Positions 26,124-32,000 of a DNA stretch of 32,000 nt are shown one piece after another (the first letter of the stretch is position 1; every line of letters begins with the position of its first letter). The notes beneath the pieces were generated by a model, which saw only the letters and a list, made by a program, of their open reading frames with translations, did no database searches and was not told the DNA's origin. A program made the position numbers and the translations under genes. The stretch spans positions 420,001 through 452,000 of the forward strand of contig NZ_AP028907.1 in assembly GCF_036323395.1 (NCBI RefSeq), given 5' to 3'. Source of the stretch: Pyrodictium abyssi. Lineage in GTDB: Archaea > Thermoproteota > Thermoprotei_A > Sulfolobales > Pyrodictiaceae.

Positions 26124-27030
26124 CCTCGAGCACCTCAACCCGGGCAGCCAGGGGCACCCTATCCACCAGCAGCCCCTCCCGGGCCTCATAGTACACCCGC
26201 GCCCCCAGCACAGCAGCACCGTCCACGAAGCTCCCGCCGTCGAGCACCACTACGGCCTCCGGCCGGTCGAGGCTCATAGCGGCCTCCCCCAGCTCCAGCA
26301 TCTGGACCCTAGCCCGGGCAGACATGTCCAGCACCACATGGTCCTTGCCTATGGTGGCGTTAACCACTACTACGAGCCCGTCACCGGTCATGTTTATCAC
26401 AACGTAGTCGCCTGGCTGCATGAACGTGGCTACATTATCTTCTATCGTGCTGTCGTCAGCGTACCGGAGGTCCACGTTGTAGCATGTGTAGGGCAGCGGC
26501 CAGACATGTATCACAAGGCCCTTCTTGAGCTTCTCGCGGTCAAAGCTAGTGATTACCGTTTCTGACTGGTATCGGCTGTTAGTGACCACTATCCTGTCCA
26601 GTGTGCTCCAGAGCCGGTCCACCTGAGGCCCCAGCGCGGCGGAGAGGTTACCGTACACGTCCACGAGGACGTCGTTGACCCCCGCCTCGCCGCTGTAGAG
26701 GCTTACGCTCCGCCACCCGCCCTCGCCCAGGAACACGAGCTGCGGCGACACGAGGAGGCTCCGGAAGACACTGCGGAGCACATCGACGTCGCCGAGGCTT
26801 ATACGGAGCTTAACGTAGTCCACGTCGCCCCTCTTCTCCACTACTATCCAGTCGAGGTCCCCTACTACTCCGCGGGCCCCGCTAGAGACGTCGAGGAGCA
26901 AGCTCCTAGCATGCACGTCCACGGGCTCGCTCACGGCCGACGCGGCGGCTGCTGCGCCCGCAGAGCCGCCTAGCTGCCGGAGCGCTAGCGTAGCCGCTAG
27001 AGCTACCAGCAAAAGCGCTAGAGTAGGCAC
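26116..27030 (-). CDS. Secreted cannula-subunit-like (CanA family) protein, paralog 2, with enlarged central region (start refined to GTG 27030)
   Basis: AVSEPVDVHARSLLLDV...DVDYVKLRISLGDVDVLRSVFRSLLV and C-terminal MSLDRPEAVVVLDGGSFVDGAAVLGARVYYEAREGLLVDRVPLAARVEVLEAG; TATA-like GGTATATAAC (27058-27049) about 26 nt upstream of GTG. Confidence 0.78.
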   Translation of the reverse strand: MPTLALLLVALAATLALRQLGGSAGAAAAASAVSEPVDVHARSLLLDVSSGARGVVGDLDWIVVEKRGDVDYVKLRISLGDVDVLRSVFRSLLVSPQLVFLGEGGWRSVSLYSGEAGVNDVLVDVYGNLSAALGPQVDRLWSTLDRIVVTNSRYQSETVITSFDREKLKKGLVIHVWPLPYTCYNVDLRYADDSTIEDNVATFMQPGDYVVINMTGDGLVVVVNATIGKDHVVLDMSARARVQMLELGEAAMSLDRPEAVVVLDGGSFVDGAAVLGARVYYEAREGLLVDRVPLAARVEVLEAG

Positions 27031-27317
27031 AACGCCTCGAGCCCTGCGGTTATATACCCAGCGCATCTTGCCGCCCGTGACTAGCGGAGCGCAGGTTTGT
27101 TACGTATAAACTCAACGGACAGGACACACAAGCAGCCCGCCCGTTGCATATAACCCCAGTCCCGGCGATATACAACAAGCCGGTCCAACAGGACGCGGAA
27201 ATCAGGACAACACTCGCCCAGTTATAAAACCGGCTAAGCAGCCCAGCCCCGAACAACGCTGCGGGCGGTAATTACAGAGAAACAGCCCTAAGACATACCT
27301 CTAGGGGCGGCGGCGCA

Positions 27318-27740
27318 GTGATAGAGCCCGCGACGCTGATAGCCCTAGCCGCGCTAGCCATGGCCACGCTCAGCCTAGCCCGCACCCGCGGCCTCCACGC
27401 GAAGAAAGACAACACAGCCAGCCAGCCGGGCACACAGGGCCCCGGAGAGGTAGAGCTAGCCCAGGCAGCACTAGACGAGCGCGACATAGCCATACTAGAG
27501 CTGCTGGACAGCAACGGCCCCATGGGCGTAAGCGAGATCGCACGCAGACTAGGCCTAAACAAGTCCACCGCATGGAGGAAACTGCGCAAACTAACCAACA
27601 TGAACATAGTCGAGAGGATAACCCAGAACGGGAGACCCCTCTACCGCCTACGCCGAGAAACAGCCGCCACAGGCGAGAAGCAACAGAGCATAGCGGCGAG
27701 CATAGTAGAGCAGCTCCGCAGGAAAAACAGGCAAGCCTAA
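27318..27740 (+). CDS. Membrane-linked winged-helix (MarR/TrmB-like) transcriptional regulator
   Basis: N-terminal hydrophobic segment IEPATLIALAALAMATLSLA, then DERDIAILELLDSNGPMGVSEIARRLGLNKSTAWRKLRKLTNMNIVERITQNGRPLYRL. Confidence 0.75.
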   Translation: MIEPATLIALAALAMATLSLARTRGLHAKKDNTASQPGTQGPGEVELAQAALDERDIAILELLDSNGPMGVSEIARRLGLNKSTAWRKLRKLTNMNIVERITQNGRPLYRLRRETAATGEKQQSIAASIVEQLRRKNRQA

Positions 27741-27743
27741 GCC

Positions 27744-28241
27744 CTAGACACCACCAGCCACACGGCCGCCCAGCTCCTCCAAGAACCTCTCAACACGCCC
27801 AACCATAGCCCCGAAATGCCTCTCGTCGCCCACGCCCTCCCGGAAGGCCACGAAAGCAGCCAGCCCAGCATACCACGCATCAGCCACAGAGCCAACCTCG
27901 CCCATAGCCTCCGAGACAAGCCCCCAGTACCCGGCAAGCCCCTCCGGCCGGCCACCACCACGCAGGTAGCCAAGCGCATCCAGCCCGAGAAGAACCGAGG
28001 CCCAGACACGGCGGAAAGCTTCCCCAAGCCTACCCTCCTCAGCCAGAGCCCGGGCGTGCTCAAGACTCATATGAGCAGCCTCAAGCAGCGCCCGCGGCCT
28101 CTCACCCGGCTCAACAAGCCTCAGAAGCATCCCTACCATAACAGCCTCCGGAGTACTCCCCCTCTCCTCGGCCTCACGCTCCAACGCCCTAAGGACGGAG
28201 TCCGGGACGGGAAGAGACCCGGGCAAAACACAGCCCACCAT
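27744..28241 (-). CDS. PaREP1/HEPN-like small protein
   Basis: PRALLEAAHMSLEHARALAEEGRLGEAFRRVWASVLLGLDALGYLRGG...VADAWYAGLAAFVAFREGVGD helical pattern resembling PaREP1/HEPN. Confidence 0.45.
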   Translation of the reverse strand: MVGCVLPGSLPVPDSVLRALEREAEERGSTPEAVMVGMLLRLVEPGERPRALLEAAHMSLEHARALAEEGRLGEAFRRVWASVLLGLDALGYLRGGGRPEGLAGYWGLVSEAMGEVGSVADAWYAGLAAFVAFREGVGDERHFGAMVGRVERFLEELGGRVAGGV

Positions 28242-29011
28242 CTATAACACTGCACGGGAGAAGTTAAACACCTAACCCCCGGCAGCCCGGTACATACACC
28301 GGTACACGCGCGGGTACACCCGCCAGGACACATTCCAGCAACCCGCACAGGTAAAGACAAAAGCTAAAATGTTAGCAGACACGCAGCTAGACGTGGAGCA
28401 CCTACGAGCTAGCTCTACTACGCCAGGCCCAGGAGGCAGCCCCATGCAGGGTAACATCCAAGCCCGGTGTACACAAGTAAGCACATAAACTAGTAAGACA
28501 ACATTTAGAAGTAGTAGCATCACATGCTAAACGTTGCACCAGCATAGTACTAGGGCAGGGCGGCACACTAGCTAGCCCAGACACGCAGAGCTGAAGGCGC
28601 GGCTCCATGTGTAGTATCACTCATACTGTAGGCTTACAGCTACAGCGATAAGACAACAGCTGCACACGTAAAGCTCTATCTATGCAAGGTTATAGGATAG
28701 TCTTACTCAGCGGCACTGGTGTAGGGGCTAGCTAGCAGAGTGCATGCTCATTGGGCTGTGCGGTGCACTGTAATATCCATTGTCTGGTGGAACACATAAG
28801 GAATAGAGGTTAATGCTTAAAGCACAGCTAGCTTACACACAGCTAGGGGTCTGATAATGCACACGGTATAGCGGTACTATAACTCTGCTACGCGTAAGCC
28901 GCGCCTCTGATAATATATCCCTGCGGCTTCGGTATTGCCTCTGTACTCGTAGAGTGGTCTCGGTAGCCAACAAACAGTACATTTATATAATCAGGTGAAA
29001 ACCATAGTACC

Positions 29012-29139
29012 CCGGCGGCCGGGGGAGAGTCCAGCCTAGAGAGTGCCAGACGAGATGACGCTGACTCTCCACGCGGGCTACTGGCGAGGACGCATCGTGG
29101 CCCGGACTTATCCCCCGGGGCTCCGGGGGTGCGTAGGCC
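29012..29139 (+). promoter_or_regulatory. Long structured 5' leader of cannula-like paralog 3 (TATA at 28983-28990)
   Basis: TTATATAA about 26 nt before 29012; GGAGAGTC (29024-29031)/GACTCTCC (29063-29070) and CCCCCGG (29112-29118)/CCGGGGG (29123-29129). Confidence 0.45.
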
Positions 29140-29859
29140 GTGTACATGTACGATAACAGCAACAATACGATCATGGCTGTAAGCCTGCTACTGCTGGTTG
29201 TATCGCTCGCAGGGCTAGCCGTGATAGCTGTCTTCGCTAGCCAGGACTACTCCTACTACACGGGCCCCACGGTCTCCAACACCCCGCAGAGCAGGTACGT
29301 GGACGAGAGCACGGCTGGAGAGGTATACGATTACATGAAGGAGCCTGAGTGGGAGATAGGCGAGAACGGCTACCAGCAGACAGAGACAACAACCACCGCC
29401 ACCACGACCACGGCAACAGCTACAGAGACAGTCACGTCGACAGAGGCTGGAGCCGCAGTAGGCGGTATGGAGGGCACTGTACAGGTAACAGTATCGGCTC
29501 TACCGCTCGAGATAAGCAGCGTCCTAGGCCCCTCGGGCCAGTTTGTACAGCACAGCTGGATGACGATAACAGCAGCCCAGGACGTAAACGTGGCCAAGAT
29601 AGTGCTAACATTGGCGAACGCTAAGCAGCTCCAGGGCTACTTCAACCAGCTCGACGTCGTAGTAATAGACCCGTCTGACGGCGAGGTAAAAGCAGTACTA
29701 AGCATACTCAAGCCGACCGTGGTACTAGTGCTCGACAAGGACGAGCTATCAGCTGGCGTAGTCACGCTTGACGCGGCTATACACTACGAGAGCCATGAGG
29801 GCGTAACCTTCGACACGCTCCCGGTCATTGTGGAGGCGAGGGTCGAGAGCGTAAGCTGA
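29140..29859 (+). CDS. Secreted/membrane-anchored cannula-subunit-like (CanA family) protein, paralog 3, with Thr-rich linker
   Basis: N-terminal signal/TM NNTIMAVSLLLLVVSLAGLAVIAVF, TETTTTATTTTATATETVTSTEAG linker, then NVAKIVLTLANAKQLQGYFNQLDVVV...EVKAVLSILKPTVVLVLDKDELSAG...LDAAIHYESHEGVTFDTLPVIVEARVESVS. Confidence 0.78.
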   Translation: MYMYDNSNNTIMAVSLLLLVVSLAGLAVIAVFASQDYSYYTGPTVSNTPQSRYVDESTAGEVYDYMKEPEWEIGENGYQQTETTTTATTTTATATETVTSTEAGAAVGGMEGTVQVTVSALPLEISSVLGPSGQFVQHSWMTITAAQDVNVAKIVLTLANAKQLQGYFNQLDVVVIDPSDGEVKAVLSILKPTVVLVLDKDELSAGVVTLDAAIHYESHEGVTFDTLPVIVEARVESVS

Positions 29860-30269
29860 GAGCGCTAGGCTAGGCGCCGCAGCCCTAGCACGATAATGCC
29901 CCGTACGGCTCCCAGGTCACCTTCTCCTTTCCCCAGGCCCGGGGGTTCCTGGTGGTGTCTTCTCCCGTGTTCTCCCCCCGGGTGCCCTGTGGGCCTCAGG
30001 GCTGTGGGCTCGGTCCTCGGTGCTGGGAGGATGGGGGAGAAGGAGGAGGGGGGCGGCGGGCTGTGGGGCGGCGAGGGCGGCAGCCGGGGCTCCTCCGCGT
30101 TCTTCTGGCGGGCTGTTCCGCCGGGTGCTAGTGTTCTGGTCCTGGGTGCTAGAAAACATGGGCGGAGGAATTGCCTTACATGACATGTTCCGCAAGTTTT
30201 AACAAGACGGCTCCTCTATATGGCTGGGTGTTCCTTGTCTACATGAGGTGTTCCGTCTGGGGCCGGTTC

Positions 30270-31723
30270 CTAGTATATGCAGCGTTCCTCCAGTAGCAGG
30301 TCTAGCCGGTACTCCTCTATCACGGATAGCCCCGCGGTGGGTGTGGCCACGTTGAGGCGGAACCGGTGAACCGTCTCCTTCCGGCCCTGCTCTGTGAGCC
30401 TCACGTCAACCCCTAGCGAGTCTACGTCTAGCCTTATGTCGGCTATGGAGCGGAGTACGCGTAGGAGCTTCTTCTCCTCGGGGGCGGCGTCCACGGAGTA
30501 GATGTAGAAGGTTGTTACTCCCTCGCTGCGTAGCCGGAGCAGTGTGTTGATGAGCGGGTTCTCGGCCTCGCTGCCGTATAGGCTCTCTACCAGCTCTATG
30601 CCGTCTAGAATAAGTATTGTGGGTGCTTCTCTCTCGACGAGGGAGGCTACTAGCGGAGGTATATGGGCGGGGATGTGCGCGGTCGGGTTAACCGTCTCGA
30701 GGACTATCTCTTCGCCGGGTTTCTCTGTCGGCTATTATCCTGTAGATGCAAGACACCATCTTGCCTAGGAACCGCAGTGAGGACCGGAAGCTCATGATAG
30801 CCACTTTCCCATTGCTGCACCGCTGTAGTGTGGCCGCGAAGAACGGTACTATGAAGCAGCTCGAGGTGCTCTCGGAGAGGGATACGAGCACCTGGGCGCC
30901 CGGGTAGAAGTGCACTGAGGCCATGAGGTCTGGGGGCGCGGGGCCGCCGGTGAGTGTGAGCACTCTGGTTATGAACTCCCGCCTCCCCTCGCGGGCGACG
31001 CGCATCATGTCTAGCAGGCTGTAGCTTCTTTCGGCTTCTGTAGCGGCTTCTCTCCCCGGCTCCTCGGGCGCGACCACCTCTATGACCTTGCTGGGGACTA
31101 TCTCGAAGGGGAGTTCCACCTGGTGTATGGGGCCTAGCGCGCCTTGCGCAGCTCCATTATGCGGTAGGCCTTGCCCCGTAGGGTTGTGAGGCGGAGCACT
31201 ATGACAGCGTCTACTACGAACTCCTTGACGCCGTAGCCGACTGTCTTGGCGCCGTAGGGGTGCTCCGCTATGAGCAGGGTTACGACGCCTAGCTTCTTCA
31301 TAGCGTTTACGAAGAAGTTCTGCATGAACTCGCGGGCACGGGTCTTGTCGCCCACCATCTGTAGTATGACCGTAACGCTGTTGACCACGAGCCTCCGTAT
31401 ACCGTGCTCCTCGACGAATTGGGCCATCTCCTCTAGCTGGGCTATCAGCGCCTCCTCGTCAACGACCGTGAGCGCCTCCATGTAGTGTACTAGGCCCTTC
31501 TCCTCGTAGGACCGGAGGTCCAGGCCGAGCCGCTTCATGTGCTCGAGGAACTCGTCGTGGGGCTCCACGAAGCTCACGTAGAGTCCGGGTTCGCCCCTCC
31601 GGGCCCCTCGTAGATGAACCGGGCTGCGAAGCTGGACTTACCCGTACCCGGGTTACCGGCCACAAGCACGATAGCGCCGCGGGGCACGCCGCCTAGCAGG
31701 CGGTCTAGCTCCTCAATACTCAA
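30270..31723 (-). pseudogene. Two-domain KaiC/RecA-superfamily ATPase gene, interrupted by at least three frameshifts
   Basis: Minus-strand frames chain together: SIEELDRLLGGVPRGAIVLVAGNPGTGKSSFAARFIYEG, then (new frame) ARRGEPGLYVSFVEPHDEF...RIMELRKAR, then GALGPIHQVELPFEIVPSKV...SCIYRIIA, then TEKPGEEIVLETVNPTAHIP...LILDGIELVESLYGSEAENPLINTLLRLRSEGVTTFYIYS... Confidence 0.7.
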
Positions 31724-32000
31724 TACCTATGTTCACGAACCTTGTCATTGCGTAGCCGCACCTCCACTAGCGCCGGGTACCGGAGGGGCTCCGAGCCGCG
31801 CTCCGGGGGCCGGGGGGCCTTGGCTAGGGCCCTTCCAGCTAAGCCCGGCCTCTCCAGCCCTAGGCGGGTCTGTACAGTTTCTAGCCTCCGAAATATAGGG
31901 TGTAGCCCACGTGGCTTCTGTACGCGGCATGTATGATACTTATGCGTAGGCTGTTACCTGTGGCACTAGACCATTATAGGTTAGGTGTCTGGCTTACGCT

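Noticed and set aside
25570-26565. 331-aa plus-strand ORF across the propeller gene end and cannula-like paralog 2
   Set aside because: Shadow frame of one gene followed by antisense of another; no domain signal.
28260-28980. Small ORFs and possible repeats between the PaREP1-like gene and cannula-like paralog 3
   Set aside because: Cys-rich translations lack a coding signature and no regular repeat or CRISPR-like spacing could be found by eye.
1-32000. CRISPR arrays, transposases, integrases, toxin-antitoxin or phage modules
   Set aside because: No direct-repeat arrays, transposase/integrase motifs or phage genes were recognised anywhere in the window.

Overview
High-GC crenarchaeal (Thermoproteota) chromosomal segment. 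Gene content and the cannula-like proteins suggest Pyrodictium or a close relative (inference). From the left: the 3' part of an anaerobic ribonucleotide reductase gene, a P-loop nucleoside/nucleotide kinase-like gene, an NrdG-type radical SAM activase, tRNA-Gly(GCC), a frame-broken secreted-protein gene, an operon of type-IV-pilin-like membrane proteins including two paralogous surface proteins, tRNA-Glu(TTC), a NifX/NifB-like protein, an 8-CBS protein, a split di-myo-inositol-phosphate pathway pair, a DUF445 protein, a PurP-like ATP-grasp enzyme, an ADP-forming acyl-CoA synthetase beta subunit, an archaeal AAA ATPase divergent from an SfsA-like gene, a probable structured RNA locus, an SQR-like oxidoreductase, citramalate synthase and a ModD/NadC-like gene. 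The most interesting part is 23.9-29.9 kb. It holds three divergent paralogs that match, from memory of the family, the Pyrodictium cannula (CanA-type extracellular nanotube) subunits. They are interleaved with a beta-propeller protein, a membrane-linked winged-helix regulator, a PaREP1/HEPN-like protein and structured leaders or intergenic RNAs. Other items are a rod-like RNA candidate at 18.79-19.02 kb behind a TATA box, a tandem 20-bp palindromic operator at 17737-17776, and a multiply frameshifted KaiC-like ATPase gene at 30.3-31.7 kb. All calls come from reading the sequence and ORFs; no database search was run.
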